From Raillietiella orientalis (lineage: Eukaryota), in NCBI GenBank assembly GCA_036172245.1, contig JAYWIR010000061.1, positions 62,001 through 126,000 of the forward strand: a stretch of DNA of 64,000 nucleotides. The letters are read 5' to 3'. Shown piece after piece: positions 23,530 through 34,599 of this stretch. Position 1 is the first letter of the stretch. Each line of letters starts with the position of its first letter. The position numbers and the translations under genes were made by a program. The notes under the pieces are model-generated. The model was not told where the DNA came from and ran no database searches. It worked only from the letters and a program-made list of their open reading frames with translations.

Positions 23530-26220
23530 TCAAACAAGAAACGAGAACCGTTCTCCCACGTGAGGCTCTCTGGCTTGGCACTCCCGTCGTGGGAAGGTTG
23601 CAGCAAGAAGCAGGTGCCGCACTGTCCGAACGTGTTTTTGGGAGCAGCAACTGGGGAAGACGTTTCTCACAAGTTTTGCAAGCTTTCTCCCATGATCCAT
23701 CTCTCTTCCTTCCTTGATGAAGCAGCGCGTTTCCCCTGTCCTGCTTCCAGACGACACACCGGTGGTACATCTTCGGATTCCTTCTATCTTAGGGAGCATT
23801 CATTCTTGTGCATCTACTCAAACGGAAAGCTCGAGCACACATCGTGGGTAGCGCGTTTCTTGTTTCCCGGAGGAGATTCTGAAAAAATAATCGTTTTCGA
23901 GGGAATATCCCATTGACGCACAGACTCCTCTTGCGAACCGGGGTGATGGACGAAGTGCATGGATCCTCGATATCCTCGAGGGTATTCGTTCCTCAGATTC
24001 GGTCACGTTTTCCGCAGCAAGAGATCCTTCCTGGCTTGCTCCGCTGTTGACAGACTGGAGCATCGCTTCAGCACTCTCTCTGTCGTTGTCTTTTTCGAGA
24101 AGCGATTTTCGAAGCCCTGGGAAATGTAATGGAAGAACCGAGAGCTGATGAGAACGGGATAGGAGGTCGAAGGTCGAGGACACCAGCGGCAAGTCAGGAC
24201 AACAACAGAGCTTGCAAAACTTGCCAATCTCTTCAAAGATGTTGCTCTCGGCTGATGCTAGATGAGTGCAGAGTGGGCACTTGAAAGCAATTCTTTGTTG
24301 CTGAAAACAAAAATCTTTTGTCAGTTTGCAACCCATTCTACCCAAGGCCTTTTTTTTTTTCGAGTTTTTATCCCAAATTGCATAGTTCCTTGCTCCATGT
24401 TTTGATGTTTAGAAATGAAATGACTTCTCGTTTTCGTTCGAGAAGAAGTGTGCAGGAGGATGACAAGTCAGGTGAAAGAGGTGCAAGTGCAAGGTCGCAT
24501 CTCATCTGAACCGGGATTCTTCCTGCATCGCTATAAGAACACGTTTGATGTGAAAGGAATTTGTGATCTCCATTTTGAAGTCCATGATTTCTTTACGACT
24601 CGATTTTGTGTCGTCTCCTGTCACTACTCGGGATCATTGTAAATGACGGCAATGATGGCTCCTCCCATCCTCAGTTTCGATCTTTTATGGTCTGAAGAAG
24701 AGATGGCGTGCAAGACAGATCCTCACCTAGCACATGCTCCGCACGCGCTCGAATCTGGCTCGAGGAACTGCAACGGCTGCTGCAGATTGCAGTTCGTTTC
24801 CCTGCATTGAGATTTGCAGAGTCCTGCTGGAAACATCGGAAGGATATGCAGCCACGACTTGCAGAGGCTGCCGGGACCAACCACATCTAAAATTCTGTGT
24901 CTGCGAGATCAGTTTCAAGTTTGACGAAGCAAAGTCTGTCTGGGATTCCTTCCCCTCGGTCGCCTAAGGGCTCTCTTAGCTTCTCGGTGCTTCTGACTCC
25001 ACAGCTGCCACTTGAGAACGTGGTATGAAGCATCTGTTTTGGCAGCGGTGGGTCTCTTCGCTTAAAAAGTGCTTGAACATCAGTTATTGAAGACCATGGT
25101 TTGTGTCGCCTCGGAAGATGCACCGAATTCACCTCCAATCCACAGATGAGTTCCCTCTGATCTTCTGTTCCACTGTCAGCAAATGAAGGACACCCGACGA
25201 GGTTTCAAAAAGGAAAAAGACTTCCCTACCACGTTGGTTGCTGGTTATGCGGAGTTTTGAGTAGTGCAGTAGTGATGCCTTAGGGTTTTGTTCGCAAGGC
25301 TCACGAATGCTGCATATCTAACGGTGCAACAAGGAACTCAGCCGCACAAGAATACTTGCTGCTCCCTGTTTTTCCTGTTTTGAGTTCCCGAATTCCTGAA
25401 GTAACTTCCAAATGAAGAAGGAGGTCTTTCTTCCCAGGACAGCAACTCTAGAAAAGATTCAAAAGTTTTTCCATTCCGTCATCTGGTGCTGACGAGCCAC
25501 GTTCGCTCCGTGGCAACCTCTTATCTCTAGATTCTTGAGATGGGCTTTAATTTCCCCCTGCCTCTCCATCGACACCTCCTCCTCTTGAAGCAACAGAATC
25601 GAGAAGTTTCCGTGGAGCCAAAGTCTCCACGCGCAACGTCTTGCTTTCTCTTCGAGGAACGGCGGCGGTGCTCACTGCTCTGTTGAATACGGAATTCGCT
25701 GTAGTCGAGCTCTGCCTTTCTGATATCTCCGTCAGCTCTTTTCGAAGCGCCCTTCGCTTAGCAACGGGTCCTCGAATGAATTCTACCTTCGTTTCGGGAG
25801 GTCGCTCACGAAGCGGTTCCTGCTGTCCGCGAGACTTTTCTCGCCTCAGGGATTTGCTCCGGACTCACCGGAGTGCCAGTTTGAGCGCTTCCCTTCCACC
25901 GAGCTGACGCTCTTCCTTTTTTACGGGTGAATTCCCCTTGTGGCCCACAGCAGCACCACGTGTTTGCTCTTCCTCTCTGAGTGTCACGAGGGACAATGGA
26001 ACGTCTATCCCGCCTAATCCATCAAATGCTGCCCACCAGTTATATTCATCCATCCCTGGTGAACCCAATCCGATGTGCGTGGACAATTCCCTGATCCCTC
26101 TCTCTTTTCCCCCTTCCCTTAGAGGGTGTCCTGCTCTTGTTCCATCCTCCGTGTTCGGTTGAGCCCTCGTCAACCGCGTTTCCTTCCTTCATTCCTGCCT
26201 TTCAAGATGGATCGCTTGCT
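23530..26220 (-). pseudogene. Decayed gene with a Schlafen/AlbA_2-like domain
   Basis: At about 25220-24850: FLFETSSGVLH/FADSGTEDQRELICGLEV..VQALFKRRDPPLPKQMLHTTF..LCFVKLE resembles the AlbA_2 pattern (AFxNt.GG.L.iGv.D..G....P....F). Many stops. Confidence 0.4.
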
Positions 26221-27468
26221 ACGACTCCCGTAGAATGACGACTCGTGGTCTCCCCTGGACCAGCTTTCGGGAAGGCCGCGGGGATGTCGAACCCGGTTTC
26301 ACAGGCTCAGGAGAGTTCCCATCCGATCTTTTCGATCCTCCTCCGTTGTATTTCACTTCATCTTCCTTCTCGTGTAATTGCTCCTGAGCGAGCAGACAGC
26401 CGCCGTTTGAACAAGACCCTTCCCTTCCGCCAAGCTGGATCGCGAAAGGTTTCGGAAACGGGAAACTCAAAAACTCCCTATTTTTTGTTTATTTGTTTAA
26501 TTATTAATTACTCAGCCGAGCATCCATGGGAACGCTGCATTTTCCCCATTCATCCTTCGCTGCTCCCTTTCAGCTGTTTGCGTGTTTGCCCTTTGTCAGT
26601 TTTGTTCTTTCGCGCGCTCCCAGACATGTTCCAGAGGATGCTGCGCATCTTCGTTGTTTCACGCACGTTCGGGCTTCTTCTTCTTCCTTCTCCTTTTTTT
26701 TTTTTTTTTTTTTTTTCTGTTTCTCCGCTTTCCTTTGGCAGAAAATTAAAAACATTACATACGTGAGTAATAAAATGCAAGCATACGTATGACTACTTAC
26801 GCACATACCGTGCCGCGCAGATGATCCGCCGAGATAAACATGTCAGCGAGCCCCGTGCGTATCTGCTTCAGCGCGCGAGTTTGTGAGGATGCACACAGCT
26901 GAAGACTAACGTCGCTAACGCGAAGGGGAAGCTGCAAGAATGGTCGGTGAGTTGGGAGGGTCGGCATTCCGTCAGCTGATCCTGTACCGCTCCTGTCTGC
27001 GCTAGAAGGTACCACCAGCAAGGAACGCTGGGTGCTTCGCAGGCAGCAAAGCATGCAAGAACGCTCGAACACGCGTTTTCGTGTTCACCGCCTCGCGTGT
27101 CCGATGCACACGCGCACCATGTTGCTGAGGCAACTGCGAGTATCAGGTGTAACAAATGCGCACGAGCACGAGGAATCCATGGAACTGCAGTCGAATGAAT
27201 GGTGCGACACGTACATCGACACACGTGTACCAAGGTGAATGTCCACTGTCAACACAGCAAGCGCGTACATATCGACACAATTGTGTATACCATGCATATG
27301 ATTCGTGTAATTCTGGAGGGGTGATCATGTACATGTATATATACATGCATACATGCATGCATCGTGTACATGTGTACTATCGACACTATAAATAAATGCA
27401 TGCATACCCATGTGCAGAACGATCTATTCGCTTCGCCTCTCACGTGAAACGCTTGGAACTTTCTAAGA

Positions 27469-27609
27469 GTTTTTCAGAGCACGGAAGGCGCGATGTTGAC
27501 CACCTCGAATGCGGAATGCTTCGTGAAAGGTTCCTAATCTTCCTGTAGCTGCTGGGGACGCATCCCGAGTGATGCTAGAGGAAAGTGATTAATCCAGTAA
27601 TCAAGTAAT
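27469..27609 (+). repeat. Dispersed direct repeat, copy 1 (copy 2 at 29365-29499)
   Basis: Both copies share GTTTTTC.GAGCACGG, CGAATGC.GAATGCTTCGT and GCATCCC.AGTGATGCT.GAGGAAAGTGATTAATC..GTAATCAAGTAAT. Confidence 0.85.
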
Positions 27610-28545
27610 TGATATATATATATATACGATTATGATTATGCTCATTATGATTATGTGAATATAGTAGCATTCGTGCTCCGATCATCCTAATGTCTAAGAT
27701 GATCCACACGCGCAGATGGAATTTCTTTGCAGACTCTGGTGTGGTTCGGTGAATACTGACTTGCTGTCTTTTTAGGGGAGTTTGCCGAATTTCATGCGTG
27801 AGACAAGGAAGGTCGGTTCCTACGGAAACGCAGAAAGCGAGAGTATCCAGGAACTACAGGTAATGTAGCAGCATCAAGCTCTGTGCCCTCCCGCGTCGCT
27901 GTTCAAAGGCGGTCCAGCAAGCTGGCTGCATGATGCGAGCTTGCAGTTCTGCAGCCACGTGTTCGTTTCTTGGCTGACACGATTCCGCGCTCTGCGCTCG
28001 GGGGCTCTGCGGTCCTTAGGGACGGGGTTCACGAACGCATCCAAGAAAAAAGCCTCTGCCTTGACTTTCTCGCCGCACCGCTTTCTGCGGCGCTGGCACG
28101 GTGTCGCATCTCGCAAGATGCCTCGCAACCGACTCCAAGAGGAGACTCGTGGTTCCCTCGAGAGCTCGCGCTGCGGTGTTTTCACACTCTGAGTCGAAAG
28201 GGAAACGCAGCAAAAAAAAAAAAAAGGAAGCAGAAGCATCAGAGCGAGGCTTCCGGCGACGGAAGAGAAGCTAAGACTCGACTCCGATGTTGTCTTCGCT
28301 TTGCTCCCGGAAGCCGAATCGCCTCTCTTCGGAGAGGATACGGAACCACGGCTCGCGCCGCAAGGAATGTGGGCCCGGTACGAAGTGGCAACGCTGCTTT
28401 CTACCTTCCTCTTTCACTTGCGCACGAGAATGCGCCTGCGCAATTCGCTGCGGTGCCCTGGAGAAGAGAATGCAAACTGAGGTTTCGCTCCAGAAAGGAT
28501 TCTGGAATAATCACCTTTCGGTAGCAGGCGAAAAATCTCACGGGA

Positions 28546-29200
28546 TTTTTGGTCCGCCGAGTGCTCCAAGGACCGTCCGCTTGAGGGCTCACAAAGCTCT
28601 TAGCTCGTTACGTCACCCGAGGGTGCGTGTAGCTCTTCGAGTTGGGAGGTATCCCGGGAAAGGAGAGGGGACCACCCTATGAATCCAGGGAGTGGATAGT
28701 TCCCTCCGATGGAGGGAGTTCTTTCCTCTTACACTTGGAAAGGGACTCCAAAGGGAACCTCCTCTTTCTCATTTTCTCTGAGGAGACACCCCGGAGGGAG
28801 AACCAGTTCTCGTTTCTTCTCCGGAGGGAACCCGGAAAAAATCACTGTTAGGAATTCGTTCCCTGGAAAGACCCCGAAAAGGATCGATCCATGTTTCCCC
28901 CTCTGGAGAGAACCCCGAAGGGATGCTTCCGGATTTCTCTTTATGGTGCTCCCCGAAGGGAGCAGCGCGCTTCTTACACTCTGGAGAGGCATCAACAAGC
29001 TCCATGGAGCACGCTGGAAAGTCCCGAGAGTGGAGGAGACGGCTCCCCTTTCACAACCGGTCGGGAACCTCGAAGGGAGCCGCCTCCTTCGTTCCTGGGA
29101 GGGTCCCGGAGAGTCAACTTCTAATCCCGGCCAGTCGATGGGGGGGCATTCGAGGGCTTCCGGCTTCCACTGGTTCTGCTGCACCCGAAGAGCACCCGAA
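28546..29200 (-). mobile_element. SINE copy C (5'-truncated, clearest internal repeat array)
   Basis: Core at about 29090-29140 and six units of about 41 bp at 28745-28985. The minus-strand 3' end is GCACTCGGCGGACCAAAAA. Confidence 0.75.
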
Positions 29201-29364
29201 GGGACTGTTAGCGCTGAAGCGCATGAGATGACTGTCTCCGGAATCCGAGGTTTGCCTCATCTGAGGATACAGGAATCCCGTTAGAATGCCATCGGCCTCA
29301 CGGGACTGCCGAGAGGCCACGCGCATTCTCTCCTCGCGCGACGCGCGCTTTGGACCCTCGAGGC

Positions 29365-29499
29365 GTTTTTCGGAGCACGGCGCTGATCTAAATCCCGAAT
29401 GCAGAATGCTTCGTAGAAAGTCCTTAACTTTCCCGAAGCTGTCGGGAATGCATCCCCAGTGATGCTGGAGGAAAGTGATTAATCTCGTAATCAAGTAAT
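29365..29499 (+). repeat. Dispersed direct repeat, copy 2
   Basis: Aligns by eye with 27469-27609. Confidence 0.85.
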
Positions 29500-29699
29500 A
29501 AGCCGCAGAAAGGAATGAACTTCAGCAACCCGCGAGTTACCTCCGACGGAAGCTCAGGGTGATACCGAATCCATCATCTCTGACAATTCTTCAGGGAAAG
29601 TTATAATGTGATCATTCGGACGGGGCGCATTTCTGATAAAGGGAAGAGAGGGCAGCATCAGACGGGATCACAATTCCACACACAGAGCAGGCGACGCTG

Positions 29700-32660
29700 C
29701 GAGGCACGCTGGTGCTCCCACCTGCACAAATTGATCCCGGTTAACTGCAGGCACCCCATCCGATCTTTGCACGTTCTGATTAGCTGGGAGAGCTCACGGT
29801 TTCAGAGGTTCGACTTCGTCCGTCCACATCACGGTCATTCCCTGTCGGCTATTTCCGGTCACGAGGTTTCGTTTCACTGGTTCCGTTTCGCGGACCGCAG
29901 GAGGAGGCTGCGATGCGAGGGACCACTGTCAACCGCTCCTCCTGGTTTCGTCTCAGAACGTCTACAGTGGGGAGCCTCAACCTTGGAGCGCAGTCAATTC
30001 AAGCCATGTTACCAGCTCCTACCAAGAGCAAGCATCTGGCAAGGCAGAGAGAATTCCACCTAAGCGAATGGCAACACCCGGTTGCCCATCAGTCTATGGA
30101 ACCATAAAGAACGCCTTCCGAACCTTTTGTGTAGGAATTCTAGATCATTCTTTACTTTTTCGCTGAGAAGAATGGCAGCATCAACATCTTTCGTTCCTAG
30201 CATGTGGATCTCCCTTGAAGGCGAAGACGAGTTGTGTTTCTCTACCGAAAAGACATGGCGCAGGATGCACATCGGAGAACAGGGAAAGGAAAACTCTGCA
30301 TATCCGCGTCCGTACATCGACGGAAGTCCATCTCTAGATCGAGAGATTTCAGGAAAGTGATCCGTGGAACGAGAGAGCCGAACGGAGAAACATATAAGGT
30401 GACGCCTCGAGTCTGGCTCTGCGGAGAAACCTACCGAGGCTCGGAAAGGACGATCATCGTCGCCAGATCGGGGCTCACTTGACACACGGACACTGAGAAG
30501 AAGCCGCAAAGGTGACCTTTATGCGAGATTCCTTCGAACGCTGGAATCCTGGATGAGCTGAGAACCGAAACCATGGAGACAAGAAGCGAAACAAGACGGG
30601 CAAACAGAGGGCGAAAATTCCGGATTGTAGATGGATTGGGTGGCTTTATCATGTCCTTCGAGCCCATGTGTCCCTGTGAGACCACTGCGAGTGGCAATGA
30701 AGGCGACCGGGAGGGACAGTGCTCCGTGTGCCTCCTTCCGCAAGTAACCGCCGGCGGGTCCCTTCGGAAACACTAAACTCGCAGAAAGGATCTCTCCCTC
30801 ACGTGTAAAAAGGAACGAATCGAACTCGGAAGGAGGACTGGGAATCAGCTGCCGCACGGAAAACCCTCGCGTCTGCACCACTCCCTGAGGAAGTCAGCAA
30901 CTTCCGAAAGATTTCCCACTCGGTGGTGACCAAACGAGAAAGCACTGAGCTACAGTTCCGTCACTTGACCTTTGGGAGCTCGAAGGTGGAACGAATGAGT
31001 CGCGAGTGAACCCCAAAGGCAAAGTCCAGGTGAATCTTACAAGCTCAGGAGTTTCCATGGTTCCGTCAAAAGTTCAGGAAGAGGACCTCTGTAAAATGAA
31101 AAACAGTATTCTGTGAACCATTGGTCGGTCCCCTTTCCCCTTGAAAAAGAGAAAAAAGAAAACAAAAGAAAACTAAAATAAAATCGACATGTATGACACA
31201 AAGGAGTAAAACTCAGCTGGATGTGGAAGGGTGAAAAATGTTCCCAGGCAGATGAGAGACTTGCACACTACGAAAAAACGCTGATGAATCCCACTGAGAG
31301 AGTCTGGGAGTGTCCGGCGGAATGCGGAAGAGATGGGGTAAACTCTCCAGTGAATAGGATGTGTTGGGGTTAAGAGTATCGGAGTGAGGTGGGCTCTCTT
31401 CGTTGAGCCGAGAACAAAACGGTGGCCCGAAACTGCGATCGGGAAAAAAGAGACCTGGATGAGAGGCGGCATTGTGGATTACGCTGAGGTACCCCCGTTG
31501 CGAAGAAGACCGGTGCACGCAGCTCTTCCGAAAATGTCGCACTCTTGCCCAGGGGAACTTTCGGTCGGAAGCTGCTGACTCGCGAAATACTGCAACAGCC
31601 CATGGAATGCGGGATCGGATTTCGAGATGCCAAGGTGTTACAGAGGAGCCAAACATAAAACACGACCCACATTCTCGCAGACACCGGGGACATCCCGGAC
31701 AGCAGGGGAAAAAAAATTCGGATAAGACGGATAAATTCCTCCAATGCTCGTCCAGAAATCAATCCGTTTTCCCACCTTGGATGAGGGAAGAGGATGCTAG
31801 GTCGGACTACTCGACCTTTGCTCCGATCTGGAGCCGGCTCTTTCATCCGAGATCACGAGGCGCAATCATGATGGAAGTAAGCTGCAAGCTCAAGCATCGT
31901 TGCCTCATTCGGACTCACTGCGCAGATCGGAAAACCGGGAATTTGTGGGGCGTGGAAAGAATCGCACGTGCTCCAAGGCTCCTGGGAATCGAATGAAGGA
32001 TTTCGAAGCTCGCAATTCAGATGATCAAAGGGAATGAAACTTCAAAGGGAATGACGCTTTCATTGGAAGACTTGGATTTTTTCTCTAAGAAAATCGTCGA
32101 GTCACCTGGAAGCAGAGAGATCTGCCGATTCTCGCGGGCCACCTCCGTGAGATGTTCCAAAAAGTCTCCTCCTAACGCTGGTTCCCAAGCAACCAACCCA
32201 GCTCAGGAAGCGATCACAGGAAGATTGGATCAGACATGAAAACATGACTACTTCGTCTTTCTTCAAGGGCCAGACGGTGACGTGAAGGTCAGAATCCTCC
32301 CCGACCAAATCCATGGTGCAGTGGAGTTAACGTTTCCGGTATAACGGATCCGCGTTGCCTGAGAAACCATTTTTGTCAAGGGTTCGTGAAGAGCACCCCA
32401 ACACCTTGCACTGTGATAGACACCACGTGGCTAGAAGTAGATGAATGACGTGGATCTGGCTGGAAGCAGCAGACAAATCGATGAGTCTGCACGAGAATGT
32501 CAGCCACCAGTATTTTAGTGAACTCGACCTCGCTGGTCAAGAAAGGAGCGCCCGGTTGGCTGAGGCTCCTGGCAAAATTGTTGCGTTCCGTCTTTTTTTT
32601 TGTTTGAACTCGAAACCGGAAAAGCAGCACACCGCATGGACCAGAATCTTTGAAAGCTTC
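29700..32660 (+). pseudogene. Decayed coding relic with an SF1-helicase C-terminal-like motif
   Basis: Interrupted + strand ORF chain. YRGSERTIIVAR (about 30432) resembles the motif V pattern GxE.xxVI. Confidence 0.3.
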
Positions 32661-32670
32661 CCTTATTTCC

Positions 32671-33272
32671 TTTTTTGGTTCGCTGAGTGCTGAAGAACCG
32701 CCCGCGCAGGGGCTTACGAATCTCTTAAGCCCTGTCCACGCCACCCGAGGGTGCGTGTTGACTCTCCAAGTTAAAGGGTGACCCCGGAGGGAATCACACC
32801 TTGAATTCACGAGGCCTCTGAAGGAAAGAATCTTTTCTTCTCCCGCTTGGCTGAGAACCCTTCGCCCTGGTTGCCTCCAAAGGGATCCAGGAAAGGATCC
32901 TCTCCTGGATTTCTTCTCCGAAGGGAACCTGCAAGGGAAGTCCTTGTTACTTCTCTGAAGAGGACCCCGAAGGGAGCAGCGCACCCTTTGCACTCTGGAG
33001 GGGCAACTTACCGGGGGGGCATCAACCAGTTCCGTTACACACGATGGAAGATAGTCCCTTTCGTGAGTAGGGAAGTGGAGGGACGGCACCATATTTTCAC
33101 GACCCGAGGGGAACCCGGAAGGGCTCCCTGATTCCTGGAAGAACCCGGAACTCAACTTCCAATCCCGGCCAGTCAACAGGGGCATCCGCGGCACTCGAAA
33201 CCCATTTCTCGGCGTCGATCTATCCTTGGGTGGGATTCGAACCCGCAGCACTTGGCGCCACTCGGGGGAGCC
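32671..33272 (-). mobile_element. SINE copy D
   Basis: B box (GGATTCGAACC on + at about 33233-33243), core at about 33130-33180 and repeat units. The minus-strand 3' end is CAGCACTCAGCGAACCAAAAAA. Confidence 0.75.
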
Positions 33273-33916
33273 AGCGCTGGCACTTTTCTCTTTCTTGGAT
33301 TTCGGCGCAAAGTTACGGAGCATTGGCTCTGTGCAATGGGCAAGATTTTGCTTATAGGACTGTCATCCCTTCCCTTCCCCCTCCCCCCCCCCTTCGAAAA
33401 AAAAAAAGAAAAGAACGTTGGGGAATCTCTTGCGGGAACTCGCGAATGAGGACGGGGATGCGCGGAAATGTGACCGCCGCGTTAATCAGCACGCTGCATT
33501 TTCTGCGGATTAATTTCGTTCTTGGAACGTGACGAGAATCCCGGCATCCCAACTTCTTTCTTCGCCACCTACTGTGGGGATTTTCGATCCGAAGGCATTG
33601 TTGTTATCATTCTCCTCTTCGGGAGGCAGGGGCTACGGAGGGCGAGCTCTCAGGAGATTCCCGAGTGATTCTTCAGCACCGCTGAAGGCTCCAGGAAATG
33701 AAATGATGGGGGCCTCCTCAAATTAAGTTTGTTGACAGCCGGGGGTTTCCTTTCTTCAAGCAGCCTCCGTCAGCGAAAACAGCAGTGCCATCGTGGCCGC
33801 TTGCACGGCCCTTTTAGGCGTACGCATTTGAAGTGCGCATGAGTACAAGGCAGGATGTGGACACACCATTTACACTCTACAGCCTACACGTGTTGCGCAG
33901 ACAAACTCATATTCTT

Positions 33917-33951
<35 letters not shown>

Positions 33952-33968
33952 TGTGGGTGTGTGTGTGT
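33917..33968. repeat. Compound microsatellite (GA)n(GT)n
   Basis: Directly visible. Confidence 0.9.
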
Positions 33969-34288
33969 ATGTAGGCACATGTAGATTCGTACGCGGAAGT
34001 AACATTGCAGAGTGCAAGGCGTACTTCCAAGGACAAAATACGCGCAACCTGCATACTGGAATAAAATGCCCCCTGTCTACCTGTCCACTAAATAATTATT
34101 ATGTAATGAAATATCTGTTTTGGGCTGGTAAAAGGTGCACTACATGTTTGCAGCGTACACGCCTGTTTCGACGCATGGGAAACACAATTTTGCGTGTCCG
34201 CATGCACGCATAGTTAGTTGTCTGTAGTAGCGTAGACTGTACACGCGTAGGCTGTACGCTCGTTTCTGTATGCATTCCAAGTGCTGCT

Positions 34289-34329
34289 AGACTTTTTCTA
34301 GCCGCGTATCGTGCGGCTAGAAAAAGTCT
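34289..34329. repeat. Perfect 17-bp inverted repeat with a 7-nt loop
   Basis: AGACTTTTTCTAGCCGC gtatcgt GCGGCTAGAAAAAGTCT; the arms are exact reverse complements. Confidence 0.95.
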
Positions 34330-34599
34330 CCCCGAGATGGACACTCAAAGCTCGATGAAAGAGGTGGAGGACCACGTAAGAAGTTCACTCTCCCTGCACG
34401 CTTCGCTTCCTTGAGTTCAGTCACGGCGTCAAGCTTGCGCCTGGGAGACTGGGCCAAGCCCCCTTAAGAGCACGCCCAGGCATCCTGGCCCTTCCTCCGT
34501 GGCTTTGCTCTCGGTCGAGCCGCCACCTCGAGGTGCCAGCCCGACCGAGAGCGCGCTGGAGTGGCGCGTCCATTGGAATTTTCGCTCGGCGCTCTCCCT

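Noticed and set aside
28740..28990. CRISPR-like repeat/spacer periodicity
   Set aside because: The repeats are degenerate, the variable parts are only about 15 bp and recur in other SINE copies, there are no cas genes, and the context is eukaryotic.
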